A stretch of DNA of 64,000 nucleotides from Candidatus Wolframiiraptor gerlachensis (GCA_021323375.2 JAJPCT020000025.1:22583-86582); one strand, 5' to 3'. Shown: positions 1 to 10,533, numbered from the stretch's first letter. Program-made: numbers and translations. Notes: generated by a model not told the origin, from the sequence alone.

Positions 1-825
1 TGGCCGAAGCCAGAAGAGGAGATGATTGACGAGGAGATTGAGGATTGCATGGAGATTGCTAGGATAACGATCTCCGAGGCGGTGGCGCTCAGGCAGAAGC
101 ATGGCAGGAAGCTCAGGTGGCCCGTGAAGACGGTGATCATAGCGCCGAGAAGCGCGAAGGCTAAGAAGGCCTTAGAGAGGCTCGTGAACTTTATCAAGCC
201 CCAAGTCAACGCCATAGACCTTAGGATACTTGAGGTCGGCGAGAGGCCGGAGGGCATCAAGATAATCTGTAAGCTAGTTTATGAGAGACTTGGGCCGAGG
301 CTCGGCGGCCGGGTTAGGGAGGTCGCAGAAAGGCTATCGAGGATGAATGGCGAGCTTGTTAGATCGGAGATCGAGTCCAGCGGATCATTCAAGCTCATCC
401 TGAGCGATGGCGCGCCGGTGGAGCTTACAGAGGAGGATTTATCCTTCGAGGAGGAGCTGCCTGACAACCTCGGGAAGATCGAGGGAAGATTCGCCGACAT
501 ATACATCGACTTCTCCGAGACGAGGGATATAGTTGCGCAGTCGCTCGCAAGGGAGATTATTAGGAGGATCCAGGTGATGAGGAAGGAGCTTGATCTCATG
601 ATCTCTGACTACATCGAGGCGACGATAATCGCTGAGGATGAGGAGGACTTGGAGCTGCTCCAAGAGATGAAGGACTATATTATGGAGGAGGTGCGCGCTA
701 AGAGAATCAGACTCACCCTAGGGAAGCCCGAGAAGCTTGAGGGCTATATGAAGGAGTGGATGATAGAGGGCAAGAGATATACGATTGCCATCTCGAGGAT
801 TCAGGAGGCAGAGGTATCAAGGTGA
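1..825 (+). CDS. ileS: Isoleucyl-tRNA synthetase, C-terminal part (gene starts left of window)
   Basis: Anticodon-binding/C-terminal motifs 'LRQKHGRKLRWP' and 'AREIIRRIQVMRKELDL' typical of archaeal/eukaryote-type IleRS. Confidence 0.85.
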   Translation, partial: WPKPEEEMIDEEIEDCMEIARITISEAVALRQKHGRKLRWPVKTVIIAPRSAKAKKALERLVNFIKPQVNAIDLRILEVGERPEGIKIICKLVYERLGPRLGGRVREVAERLSRMNGELVRSEIESSGSFKLILSDGAPVELTEEDLSFEEELPDNLGKIEGRFADIYIDFSETRDIVAQSLAREIIRRIQVMRKELDLMISDYIEATIIAEDEEDLELLQEMKDYIMEEVRAKRIRLTLGKPEKLEGYMKEWMIEGKRYTIAISRIQEAEVSR

Positions 826-829
826 AACC

Positions 830-1729
830 TTGCCATCACTCATAAGCTATGTCAGAGACATATTCGGGAAGCTTGATGAAAACCATTTCAAGGTTCTAAG
901 GGTGATAGAGCAGAACCTCGCGAGATACGAGATCGTCCCGAGGGAGGTGATATACAGCGAGACCGGGCTGGGCGAGAGGGCTGAGAAGCTCCTGAAAAAG
1001 CTAAACGAATACAAGCTCATCTGGGCGCCGATGGGGTATGAGAAGGGATTCTGCATAAACTATTATGGCCTAGATATGCTTGCATTGAAAGCGCTTGTCG
1101 ACAGGAATATCATCACGAGCCTTGGGAGGCCTCTCGGGGTCGGGAAGGAGGCCGATGTCTATGACGCCCTAGCCCCAGATGGTAAAAGACTTGTAGTTAA
1201 GTTCTTCAGGATAGGGAGGACTAGCTTCAGGAAATATGAGAGGCATAGGACGAGCCTAGTTACGGCTCCAAGCCATCTAGCCGCTTCCATAAAATCCGCT
1301 AGAATGGAGTATAGGGCCTTGAGAATGCTCCACCCGGCGGGGATCAAGGTCCCGAAGCCCGTCGCGAGGAATAGGCATGTGATCGTGACCGAGTTCTTTC
1401 AGGGGATAGAGCTCGCGATAATCCAGAGCCTTAGCAGACCCATCGAGGTTCTAGGCGAGATCCTAAGAAATGCTGTGAGGGCGTGGGAGGTTGGCGTCGT
1501 CCACAGCGACCTAAGCGCATATAACATATTGATCACGCCGGAGGAGGAGATACTGATAATAGACTGGCCTCAATGGGTTCCACCAAGCCACCCGATGGCC
1601 CGGGAATATCTTAGGAGGGATCTGTCAAACCTCATCAAGTTCTTCAGGAGAAAGTGGCGTATCGAAGAAATACCGGAAGAATACCTTGATCTGATCAGAA
1701 AGGTCCTCGAGGAAAGCTTTTTAATTTGA
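830..1729 (+). CDS. rio2: RIO2-type Ser/Thr kinase
   Basis: N-terminal wHTH, 'GVGKEADVY', 'HSDLSAYNI', 'IIDWPQ'; TTG start at 830 follows an AGGTGA SD. Confidence 0.9.
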   Translation: MPSLISYVRDIFGKLDENHFKVLRVIEQNLARYEIVPREVIYSETGLGERAEKLLKKLNEYKLIWAPMGYEKGFCINYYGLDMLALKALVDRNIITSLGRPLGVGKEADVYDALAPDGKRLVVKFFRIGRTSFRKYERHRTSLVTAPSHLAASIKSARMEYRALRMLHPAGIKVPKPVARNRHVIVTEFFQGIELAIIQSLSRPIEVLGEILRNAVRAWEVGVVHSDLSAYNILITPEEEILIIDWPQWVPPSHPMAREYLRRDLSNLIKFFRRKWRIEEIPEEYLDLIRKVLEESFLI

Positions 1730-1762
1730 TGGAGCCGTCAATAGGGTGAAGGTGCCCCGGTA

Positions 1763-2437
1763 ATGGCATCAATGAAGACGGGAGCTATGATCAGCATCCT
1801 AGGAGCGCTGATCTCGCTCACACCAGTCATCTACTTCCTCACGCTTCCACTCGACTCGCCGACTAGGGGGATCCTCTCCCAGCAGATAATGGGATTACCC
1901 CTCATGTTATACTTCACGCTCGCGGGCGCTGTGGTAACCGCCACAGGCCTCTTCATATTCATGAAGGCTGCGAGAGCTCCGCCGGAGATTGCCTATCCAT
2001 CCACGCTCCCGATCAGGAGCATGCCTAGGGTGCGGGCAACTCCCTCAACAGCGGTTCTAGCGCCGCCAGATGAACTCGTTACAGAGATAGAGCGCGAGAT
2101 AGAGAAAATAGTTCAGCTCGAGGAGCCCAAAGCGGAAGTGGCGCCAGCTCCAGAAGAGGCCGCTGAAGAGAGGCCGACAATTGAGGTTCAGGTGGTTAAT
2201 AGGGGACAGGACATGGTTTGCCCCCACTGTGGGGAGCTTAATCCACTGAAGTCAACTCGATGTGTCAAGTGTAAGAAGCCACTTTATGAGGTCGGAGAGG
2301 GCGAGCCGAGGTGCCCTGTTTGTGACGCACCGCTCCGCCTCTCACAAAGGATTTCTGAAGACCTGTTCACATGTGGGCTCTGCTTCTCCGAGCTTAGGAT
2401 ACCCATCGAGTTGAGGAAAGAGATAGGTCTTGAATGA
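1763..2437 (+). CDS. Membrane-anchored double zinc-ribbon protein
   Basis: Two N-terminal hydrophobic helices, four CxxC motifs at the C-terminus. Confidence 0.7.
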   Translation: MASMKTGAMISILGALISLTPVIYFLTLPLDSPTRGILSQQIMGLPLMLYFTLAGAVVTATGLFIFMKAARAPPEIAYPSTLPIRSMPRVRATPSTAVLAPPDELVTEIEREIEKIVQLEEPKAEVAPAPEEAAEERPTIEVQVVNRGQDMVCPHCGELNPLKSTRCVKCKKPLYEVGEGEPRCPVCDAPLRLSQRISEDLFTCGLCFSELRIPIELRKEIGLE

Positions 2438-2541
2438 GAGCGCTGCTCGTATTTATCCTCGAGCACCATCTGAGAAAAGCTTAAAATCAGCGCGCTCCAG
2501 CTATCTATTGAAGAACATTGACGCAGATACAGGGACATCAG

Positions 2542-2787
2542 ATGAACATGGGCAAGAGGCCGCTAGCAATGGTAATGAAGCACGTGGACAAGTTCGTCAG
2601 GATAAAGCTGAAGAACGAGCTTGTATATGAGGGGAGGATGGTCGAGTGTGACAGCTACATGAACATAGTGATAGAGAAGGCCGTGGAGTATGAAGGTAAT
2701 GGAAGGAAGGCGCAGTATCCGAAGGTCCTCATCAGGGGCAACAACATAATGTATATACAGTTGAATCCGCAGCTCTCTGAGGGCTAG
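2542..2787 (+). CDS. Sm-like (LSm/SmAP) RNA-binding protein
   Basis: Sm1 'G..VECDSYMNIV' and Sm2 'LIRGNNI' motifs. Confidence 0.9.
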   Translation: MNMGKRPLAMVMKHVDKFVRIKLKNELVYEGRMVECDSYMNIVIEKAVEYEGNGRKAQYPKVLIRGNNIMYIQLNPQLSEG

Positions 2788-2862
2788 CCAGCGGCCTTCA
2801 CGGTGCGAGGTGAGGCTTCACTTAAATACTAATATTCTAGGATAGGTTCTCGTAGAGCCGAT

Positions 2863-4092
2863 ATGCAGAGATCCAAGATAGTTGTTGAGAGATTGAATAG
2901 GCTGCCGGTGAAGGATCAGTATGTTGAGCTTGTGGAGAGGAAGGGGTTGGGACATCCTGACTATATTATAGATGCGGCTTGCGAATGCGCCAGCGTAGCG
3001 CTCTCACGATATTATCTGGAGAACTTTGGCCAGATCCTTCATCATAACTTGGATAAGGGTCTTCTGGTTGGCGGCCACTCCGAGGTATGGTTTGGTGGAG
3101 GAGTAGTTGAGGAGCCTATTGATATAATCATAGCTGGGAGAGCCACGACCAAGATCTCGACACCATCCGGGTATATCGAGGTTCCCTATAGGGAGCTTGT
3201 GGAGGAGGCGGTTAAACATTTCATCAGGGAGAATTTCAGGTTCTTGGATCCCGAGGAGCATATCAGGATCGATGTTAAGGTGAGGATGGGTAGCGCGGAT
3301 CTAAGGAGGACTGTGGATAGCTCGGATGAGGTTCCAAGGGCTAATGACACGTCCTATGGCGTCGGTTATGCTCCCCTGACGCCGCTTGAAAGACTCGTTT
3401 ACGAGGTTGAGAGGAGGATAAACTCGCGGGGATTTAAGGGCAGAGTTCCGGAGAGCGGTGAGGATTGCAAGGTTATGGGGCTGAGAGTCGGTAAGAGGTA
3501 TTTGATCACTGTTGCCGATAGCATTCTAGCGCCCCTCACGCCGGATCCGGGGCACTATGAGGCTGTGAAGGAGGAGATACGTGAGGAGGTTCTAAGGATA
3601 GCTGACGAGATTTTGAGGGAGGAGAGGCATGAGGGCGTGGAGGTTTACGTGAACGCTGCTGACAGGCCGGATGAGGGGATATTCTATCTCACGGTTACCG
3701 GGACATCGGCTGAGAGTGGCGATGACGGGAATACGGGAAGAGGTAATAGGGCGAATGGCCTCATAACGCCCAATAGGCAGATGTCTCTCGAGGCGACAGC
3801 CGGCAAGAATGTTAGATCCCATGTTGGGAAGCTCTATAACCTGGTCGCGAGGAGGATTGCCGAGAGGATATACGAGGAGACGGGCAAGGTTGATGAAGTC
3901 TATGTTAGGATACTCAGCCAGATAGGCAGGCCCATAAACAGGCCGCTCGTGATCTCGATACAATACACATCGCTCGAGAACATAGATGAAAGGTCATTCG
4001 CCTATGAGGCTGCTGAGATAGCCAAGGAGCAGATGAAGGAGATCAGGGAGATGGAGAAGCTCGTATTAGAGCAGAAGGTGATGTTATTTTGA
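2863..4092 (+). CDS. mat: Archaeal S-adenosylmethionine synthetase
   Basis: 'ERKGLGHPD', 'HHNLDK', 'ANDTS', '[11 protein letters not shown]', 'AGKN..HVGKLYN'. Confidence 0.95.
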   Translation: MQRSKIVVERLNRLPVKDQYVELVERKGLGHPDYIIDAACECASVALSRYYLENFGQILHHNLDKGLLVGGHSEVWFGGGVVEEPIDIIIAGRATTKISTPSGYIEVPYRELVEEAVKHFIRENFRFLDPEEHIRIDVKVRMGSADLRRTVDSSDEVPRANDTSYGVGYAPLTPLERLVYEVERRINSRGFKGRVPESGEDCKVMGLRVGKRYLITVADSILAPLTPDPGHYEAVKEEIREEVLRIADEILREERHEGVEVYVNAADRPDEGIFYLTVTGTSAESGDDGNTGRGNRANGLITPNRQMSLEATAGKNVRSHVGKLYNLVARRIAERIYEETGKVDEVYVRILSQIGRPINRPLVISIQYTSLENIDERSFAYEAAEIAKEQMKEIREMEKLVLEQKVMLF

Positions 4093-4269
4093 GATTAGCA
4101 TCCACACTCGCCATGAGGAATGAGGATCACATACATGGGCCTAAACCCCTCAGATGACTCATACGCGATATCTGAGAACTTTCCCTGCCCGAATACTGAT
4201 CCTCATTCTCTCCTCATCCTCGATAACCTCCCATCTCCTCCTAGTGTCATTCATAAACAATATCATGTC

Positions 4270-4530
4270 ATGCGATCCTCTCCCGCGTGCCCAAACCTAA
4301 CACACGCCCAAAATCCATCATCCTCCTGAACTCCTCGATGACCCTCTCATCCATCCACTTCCAGAACCGTTTTCTACACTCCTCGCATATCACCTGAATA
4401 ATCCCCCATCTACTATAATCGCATAGCCCTTAGCCCTCTCCTCAAGCTCCTTCTTTGTAAGTGTTATGAGTCCCCTGCATAGGTTGCATACGACCTCATG
4501 CTTCTCGATATGCGGAACCTTCTTGATCCT
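4270..4530 (-). pseudogene. Degraded small zinc-finger ORF
   Basis: Minus strand reads 'EVVCNLCRGLITLT...' and, after a frame change, 'QVICEECRKRFW...'. Confidence 0.35.
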
Positions 4531-4631
4531 ATCTTACTTATCAGTTAGGTGGGCTTAAAATTCCTCAGGGGTGAGCCTCCATTTTCGGGATGGCCCTCAA
4601 TGAATAAAGGAGGGGCGCATGTCAGGGATAT

Positions 4632-4931
4632 GTGGGGATGTGGTTGCCTGGAGTCCAAGGATTGTATGGGGGGTTTGTGGGCTGCTTTAAGGGAGTGGAG
4701 TTGCTGGACGACCTCACCAAGATATTTGATTACACGAATGAGACGTTAATGATTGTAGAGGGTTATGGGGGTGGGCTTCATCCGGTTCTGGTGAGGACAT
4801 TAGTCCTCGAGAGTCTTGAGAGGATAAATGATTTCGCTGGGGCTTATGCCGGGTATATCGGGGAATCCATGATGAGGGTGCTATGTGACGAGCTTAAAGG
4901 CCTGCTGGAGGTGGTTGAGGACTGCGAGTAG
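4632..4931 (+). CDS. Hypothetical small protein overlapping the start of the IS110-like gene
   Basis: 99-aa ORF with the same lower-GC composition as the downstream gene; overlaps its start. Confidence 0.5.
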   Translation: MGMWLPGVQGLYGGFVGCFKGVELLDDLTKIFDYTNETLMIVEGYGGGLHPVLVRTLVLESLERINDFAGAYAGYIGESMMRVLCDELKGLLEVVEDCE

Positions 4932-5807
4932 GGTTGTTTTTGTTGATACTTCTAGGATTGGTAGGGGTGGTAGGAGAAGGGGGAAGCCGCATGTATGCTA
5001 TGATGGTGAGAGGATATTTAAGGTGAGTGGGCTGACAGGGCTCAAGGATTACGACGAGATATTCATCGACACGTTATTCCCGGAGATCTATGATGAGGTT
5101 CTTGAATTGTTGAGGAGGGTGTTAGGGTGTATCTGCTGAAGGACATCACTAAGCTGAAGAAGCTGAGGATAGAAAGTAATTTGAGGAAGAGTGATGAGAA
5201 TGATGCTGGATTGCTTGCATGTATTCCAAGAGAGGCATTTAGGCAGCTGACTGCTGAGGAGCTGGAGATTAAGGCTCGGATAGAACCGTTGATAAGGCAC
5301 TATGAGAAGATTGTAAGGTGGAGAATGACACTAAAGAAGTTGATAAAAGATGGCTTTGACTACAATCTTAAGGAAACAATAAGGTTCATGAAGATAGATG
5401 AAAAAAGAATTTCTGAGGAGATTATTAGACAGGTCGCCAACCTCTTCATATATGGGAAGGTTTACAGAAAAACCTGTGAGATCCTCGGGGTTAAGGGTAG
5501 CACCAGATTGGCAATACTAACACTAGAGCCACCGCTTCACCTACCATTAGTGAGGTTAAAAGGATTACTAGGACTGATTCCGGGCCAAAATGAGGAAAGA
5601 TACTACCATAAACTGAGAAAATCTCTCGCACAGTGTGCAACAAACCTTTACATAAACACTAAGAGAGGTGTGAGTGTTTCGAATGAAGTTGCTGAAGTTG
5701 TTAATCTCTTGCCAGAGAGGCAAGCAATATACAGGTTACAGTTAATTATTCTAAAGGCGCTATGGATAGCATATCTTATGACTGTGAAGCCGCTGGCCGG
5801 CGAGTAG
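4915..5807 (+). pseudogene. IS110-family/TasR-like RuvC (DEDD-type)-coiled-coil-Nop/Tnp protein, ~297 aa, one frameshift near 5118
   Basis: 'VVFVD', 'IFID', 'KSDENDA' RuvC motifs; 'LLGLIP...HKLR' Tnp/Nop-like motif; adding one G in AGGAGGGT restores 'LLRRGVRVYLLKD'. Confidence 0.7.
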
Positions 5808-5932
5808 TAAAAACCATAAAGGCCGGTAAGGTTGTAGCTTGCACCCCACCACGGAGGATTTTTATGATTCCGTGGATGGTTATACTCAGGTCCCCTGCCG
5901 GCTTTTATGGCTACGAGGACTCGCCGGCCAGC
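5792..5932 (+). ncRNA. Long hairpin ncRNA (bridge/seek/tigRNA-like), copy 1
   Basis: GCTGGCCGGCGAGT/ACTCGCCGGCCAGC, CCATAAA/TTTATGG and CCACGGA/TCCGTGG stems; homologous copy at 56174-56306; followed by a T-rich tract. Confidence 0.7.
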
Positions 5933-6112
5933 CCCACCCTAACCCCTTACCTTTTTATTTCAAATTTAGGCCGGGAAAGGGGATAGGAGAATGGATCTAA
6001 GCCTTACTTTATTATTGAGCCCTTATTTGAAGTCCTTAAGATTATTGCTCATGAGATATGGGAATTTTATGTCGCCAGGAGACTGTTTTAGGAGGGATCT
6101 TCTGATGCTCTT

Positions 6113-6853
6113 CTAGCCAAGGAACTCGTCTAAGCCCCTCCCGCGCCTGAGAACCTCATGGCACTTCCTCGGGCTTAGGCACCTGAACTCGACCCCGTGG
6201 GCCGCCAGCATCTTCGACGCCGATCTCTGGACGCCCGGCGCGACGAGGATCATTCTCGGCCTTCTCCCAAGTTCCCTCTCAATCTCCCTGACATAGGAGA
6301 CTAGCTGCTTTACATCTTCTGAGGTCGCATTCCTCCGCTTTATCTCGATCACGACGATGTTTCCCGAGGAATCCACTCCGAAGATATCCACGAAGCCCGC
6401 GCGCCCGACCCTCCTCTCATCCTCAATGGGCTTAAAGCCCTCCTCGATAAGCGATGGCTCTAGAAGTATCGCCCTCTTCATCTCCTCCTCCGTCGCATAC
6501 ATCGCGAACTCTGCCGAGTCCTCAAGCCTGTATGCCTCCAAGCTATACACCCTCTTCACCGTGATCCTGAGAATTTCCTCCGGGCTCAGACGCCTCGCCT
6601 CTATGACCAGCTCATTATCCCTCATGGCCACATCTATCATGGATCCGGGAGGTTGCCAGTTTACGGGCTCATAGCCTGTTGGCCTATGAACTAGAACACT
6701 TCCATCCTGCTTGATTATTAGGAGGCGCTCGCCCTCTCCTAGGCTTGAGGAGGCTCTGCCTTCATAGAAGACCTCCATAAGCCCTACTAAGACCATGAGC
6801 GACCTGCTTCTAATCCCCTCCTTGAGCTTCTCAGCCGCCTCCTCGAGCCTCAA
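6113..6853 (-). CDS. nucS: Endonuclease NucS/EndoMS
   Basis: 'YEGRASS', 'PVNWQP', 'VDIFG', 'IEIKR', 'QL..Y'. Confidence 0.93.
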   Translation of the reverse strand: MRLEEAAEKLKEGIRSRSLMVLVGLMEVFYEGRASSSLGEGERLLIIKQDGSVLVHRPTGYEPVNWQPPGSMIDVAMRDNELVIEARRLSPEEILRITVKRVYSLEAYRLEDSAEFAMYATEEEMKRAILLEPSLIEEGFKPIEDERRVGRAGFVDIFGVDSSGNIVVIEIKRRNATSEDVKQLVSYVREIERELGRRPRMILVAPGVQRSASKMLAAHGVEFRCLSPRKCHEVLRRGRGLDEFLG

Positions 6854-6949
6854 TCCAGCCGAGTTAATCTAGGTGGGGTTGGGGCTAAAACCCTTCTCCC
6901 ATGGAATGGCCATGAATAAATGTCACCGAGAACATTATACCTCTGGGGT

Positions 6950-8128
6950 ATGAGCGCTTGGATCCCCCTTGTCAGGGATGTTATGAGAAGGGAGGTATAC
7001 CTTGTCGATGGAAACGACCCTGTTAGCAGGACAATAGGTATCATGAGAGAGCATAATGCCCCTCTCGTGATCGTGATGGATAAGCTTGAGAATGGCAGGA
7101 TCTTGGGGGCGATAACGGAGAGGATGATCATGCGAGCAACATATAACCCGGATACCATGAAGGCTAGAACTGTTGCTGCTAGGATTCCCAAGATAAGCTC
7201 CAGCGCCTCCGTGGCCGAGGCCGCTCGCCTGATGCTCGAGAACCACGTGCTCGCCCTGCCGGTTGAGGAGGATGGCAGAATCATCGGCGTCATCACAGTC
7301 GAGGATGTCGTCCGCGCAGTGGGCGATGAATTCTTCTCCAAGATAAGGGTTGAGGATGTGATGAGCAAGGATCTCGTCTCCATAGACCCGAAGGATACCA
7401 TCGGCCAAGCGATAGCGCTGATGAGGGAATATGGTATCTCAAGGCTCCCCGTTGTTGATGGGGGCAAGCTCGTTGGTGTAATCACAATACATGACATCAT
7501 AGTCAAGGTTATACAACCTAGGCAGAGGGCAACACGTGGAGAATACGTGGGCGAGAAGCTCAGGACTCTAAGCCATCAGGTCAAGGACATTATGACCGCT
7601 GATGTTATTGTTGCGAGGCCTGATGAGCCTCTAAGCGCGGCCATAAGGAGGATGTTTGAGGCGGATGTATCCTGTCTCGTGGTGGTTCATGATGGAAGGC
7701 CCGTCGGAATACTGACGAGGACGGATATACTTGCACCCATCGCAGCTCTCGCGGAGAAGGAGAGGCGGGCGATAAGCGTCCAGCTAAGCTTCAAGGTCAA
7801 CAACCTCTCGGAATCAGATAAGGAGCGGGTGATGGAGATCGTTGAGAGGTTTCTCAGGAGGCTTGGCGAGAGTATTGGGGTTGGCTACCTCATGCTCCAC
7901 TTCAAGGAGCATAAGGAGAAGCATGGCGAGACTCACATGATCCACTGCAGGGCTAGGCTTAACACAGATAAGGCTCACGTGGTAGGTATTGGCGAGGGGT
8001 GGACGCCGGCCTTAGCCGCGAGAGTAGCCCTAGACATAATCGAGAGAAAGCTCTTAGTGATGAAGGAGAACATGCAGAAATACCCATACGCCGAGGAGCT
8101 ATTGTCTCGAATTGCCTCGGAGATCTAG
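6950..8128 (+). CDS. 4xCBS-domain protein with C-terminal HPF/RaiA-like domain (putative ribosome hibernation factor)
   Basis: Four CBS repeats ('LPVVDGGKLVGVIT' etc.) plus a ~95-aa beta-alpha-beta-beta-beta-alpha tail. Confidence 0.75.
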   Translation: MSAWIPLVRDVMRREVYLVDGNDPVSRTIGIMREHNAPLVIVMDKLENGRILGAITERMIMRATYNPDTMKARTVAARIPKISSSASVAEAARLMLENHVLALPVEEDGRIIGVITVEDVVRAVGDEFFSKIRVEDVMSKDLVSIDPKDTIGQAIALMREYGISRLPVVDGGKLVGVITIHDIIVKVIQPRQRATRGEYVGEKLRTLSHQVKDIMTADVIVARPDEPLSAAIRRMFEADVSCLVVVHDGRPVGILTRTDILAPIAALAEKERRAISVQLSFKVNNLSESDKERVMEIVERFLRRLGESIGVGYLMLHFKEHKEKHGETHMIHCRARLNTDKAHVVGIGEGWTPALAARVALDIIERKLLVMKENMQKYPYAEELLSRIASEI

Positions 8129-9380
8129 CTAGAATAATCGGCCCTGCATGGGGATTTCCAAGGCTCTTAGAATCGAGCCTATCTCAGCATCCACCTCGAT
8201 CAGGTTTCTAGAGCTTTTCAGGACTATGTCAGGATCCTTCAACCCATGGCCCGTAACTATGCAGACTATCCTGCTATCATGCTCGATCAAGCCACTTCTC
8301 GCAGCCCTAATTAGAAGGGCTATTGGAGAAGCCCCAGCCGGCTCAGCAAATATCCCTTCCCTCGAGGCTAGAATTCTCTGAGCGGCGAGAATCTCCTCGT
8401 CGGATACCGCCTCAACCAGCCCCTCGGTCTCCCTCACAGCTCTTAGAGCCCTCTTCCAGTTCACGGGATTGCCTATCCTGATAGCTGTTGCAATGGTCTC
8501 AACATTATTGAGGGGCCTTATCTCGTTAGCGCCCTCCACGAAGGCCCTGTAAATCGGGCATGCGCCCTCAGCCTGAACGCCCATAAGCCTTGGAAGCCCA
8601 TCGGCCAAGCCTAGGCTCTTCAGGTCGCTAAAGCCCTTCCAGTAGGCGACAATATTGCCCGCATTCCCAATAGGTATTATCAAATAGTCTGGAATGTCTC
8701 CGCCAAGCTGTTCATAGATCTCATAGGCCGCCGTCTTCTGCCCCTCAAGCCTAAACGGGTTTATCGGAGTTCAAGAGGTAGAATCTCGGATCCCTGCTCA
8801 ATTCCCTGACTATTCGTAAGCAGTCGTCGAAATTCCCTCTAACCGCTAAAACCTTGGCGCCGTGGATCAGTGCCTGGCTAAGCTTTCCGAGAGCGATCCT
8901 CTTCGAAGGGACCAGCACAGCGCATCCAAGGCCCGCACGAGCCGAGTAGGCTGCAAGGCTGCTACTCGTATTCCCGGTCGAGGCGCAGATTGTCATCTCG
9001 GCGCCGGCCTCAACAGCTTTCGTCACGCCAACAGTCATTCCCCTATCCTTGAAAGACCCAGTCGGGTTATCACCCTCATATTTCACATAGATCTCCTTGA
9101 TGCCAAGCTCTCGCTCCAAGTTTCTGCACCTTATCAACCTCGTCCCACCCTCATTCATCGAGACTACATGCCGGTAATCCTCTACCGGGAGAAGCTCCCT
9201 GTATCTCCAGACCCCGAGCGGCCTCGACTCGAAATTCCTCAGCCATGGTATCTCGGAAACTTCCCTATCCATATCATATACTATGTCGAGCAGGTCGCCG
9301 CACGCTGGGCACGAGTATACCCTAGCAGACCCAGGATACTCGGCACCACATCCAATACAGCGAAGCCAGTATCTCGGCAT
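8129..9380 (-). CDS. thrC: Threonine synthase, split by a +1 frameshift near 8766
   Basis: 'NPTGSFKDRG', 'ASTGNT', 'PIGNAGN', 'TGHGLKD'; removing one base restores 'LNSINPFRLEGQKT'. Confidence 0.9.
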
Positions 9381-9396
9381 AGTAATGCACCCTCAT

Positions 9397-10317
9397 CTAC
9401 CCGATCTCGGTAACACCCGGCCCCGGCTCGGTGATATAGACTTGAACCTTATAGCCGCGTAATGCATAGAACCTCTCCAAGGCATCGGCTGCCAGCTTTC
9501 TACGCTCCTTCTCGATCACGCAGATCACGGCGGGGCCGGCGCCACTTACAGCTACCCCGGCATCAAGCTCCTCGCCCAATCTCTTAGCCCCCTCGTATTC
9601 AGGTATTATCCCCGCCCTAGCCCTCGCTGGCTCGACAATCACATCACTCATCCCCTCCTTCACCATATTAATGTTCTTCAGGGCCATCCCAGTAGCTAAA
9701 ATAGACGCGCTAGCAACATTACGCACAAGCGATATAAGGGGAACCTCCTTGGGAACAACCTCCCTCGCCCTCCTCGTAGACCCCTTCTCCACGTCGGGGA
9801 GTACTATGACCACGCCGAGATCTGGTGGGGGGTCCACATGATAGATCCTCAGCCTCGGCTCCTGAGAAACTATGACGAACCCCCCATATATTGCTGGAGC
9901 GACATTATCTAGATGAGGGGCGCCTGCCGAGACAAGCTCCCCCAGCGCAGCATATCTCACAAGCTCCTCCCGGCTCAATCCCAAGTCAAAGAGCTTGTTG
10001 ACGAGATAAGCCGCCGCGGCCGCTGTAGCTGCTGAGCTCCCGAGCCCGCTCCCCGGCTTTATCCCCTTCCAGATCCTCAGCCTCACACCCTCCGAGAGCC
10101 CGAACTCCTCCATCATCCTCAAGGCAACATAGCCCCCAGTATTCTCCTCAGGCCTAGCTGGGACACGGTAGCCCTCCAGCACCTCAACCTCAACACGTTT
10201 ATCCGGGATCCGCTCAGCCTCCACGATATCATAAGGCTCCATCAACGCGAGCCCGAAAACATCGAAGCCAGGGCCCAAGTTCGCGGAGGACGCAGGTGCC
10301 TTAACCCTCAACCTCAT
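9397..10317 (-). CDS. thrB: Homoserine kinase
   Basis: 'PASSANLGPGFD', 'GLGSSA', 'HLDNVAP', 'SGAGP'. Confidence 0.95.
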   Translation of the reverse strand: MRLRVKAPASSANLGPGFDVFGLALMEPYDIVEAERIPDKRVEVEVLEGYRVPARPEENTGGYVALRMMEEFGLSEGVRLRIWKGIKPGSGLGSSAATAAAAAYLVNKLFDLGLSREELVRYAALGELVSAGAPHLDNVAPAIYGGFVIVSQEPRLRIYHVDPPPDLGVVIVLPDVEKGSTRRAREVVPKEVPLISLVRNVASASILATGMALKNINMVKEGMSDVIVEPARARAGIIPEYEGAKRLGEELDAGVAVSGAGPAVICVIEKERRKLAADALERFYALRGYKVQVYITEPGPGVTEIG

Positions 10318-10407
10318 ATACTGAAAAACCCGAATAAATCTCCAAGAAAAAGCTTACCTCTAGCTTAGAAAAGATCAATAGCGGGCGGATCGGAGGAGGT
10401 GTTAGAA

Positions 10408-10485
10408 GGGCCCGTGGCCTAGCTTGGATAGGGCGTCGGCCTGCGGAGCCGGAGGTCCCGGGTTCAAATCCCGGCGGGCCCGCCA
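10408..10485 (+). tRNA. tRNA-Arg(GCG)
   Basis: Cloverleaf GGGCCCG...CGGGCCC-G-CCA; anticodon loop CTGCGGA; GTTCAAATC T-loop. Confidence 0.95.
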
Positions 10486-10533
10486 CACACGATATGAAAC
10501 ACGACATGAAAAAGAGTAAAGGGTTGAAAATTA

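Noticed and set aside
6179-6186. GCACCTGA inside nucS as the target of RNA copy 1 (predicted GCTTGCACCTGAGTAT); also CACCTGAATA near 4391
   Set aside because: Only 8-9 matching nt, expected by chance; no full target was seen in the window.
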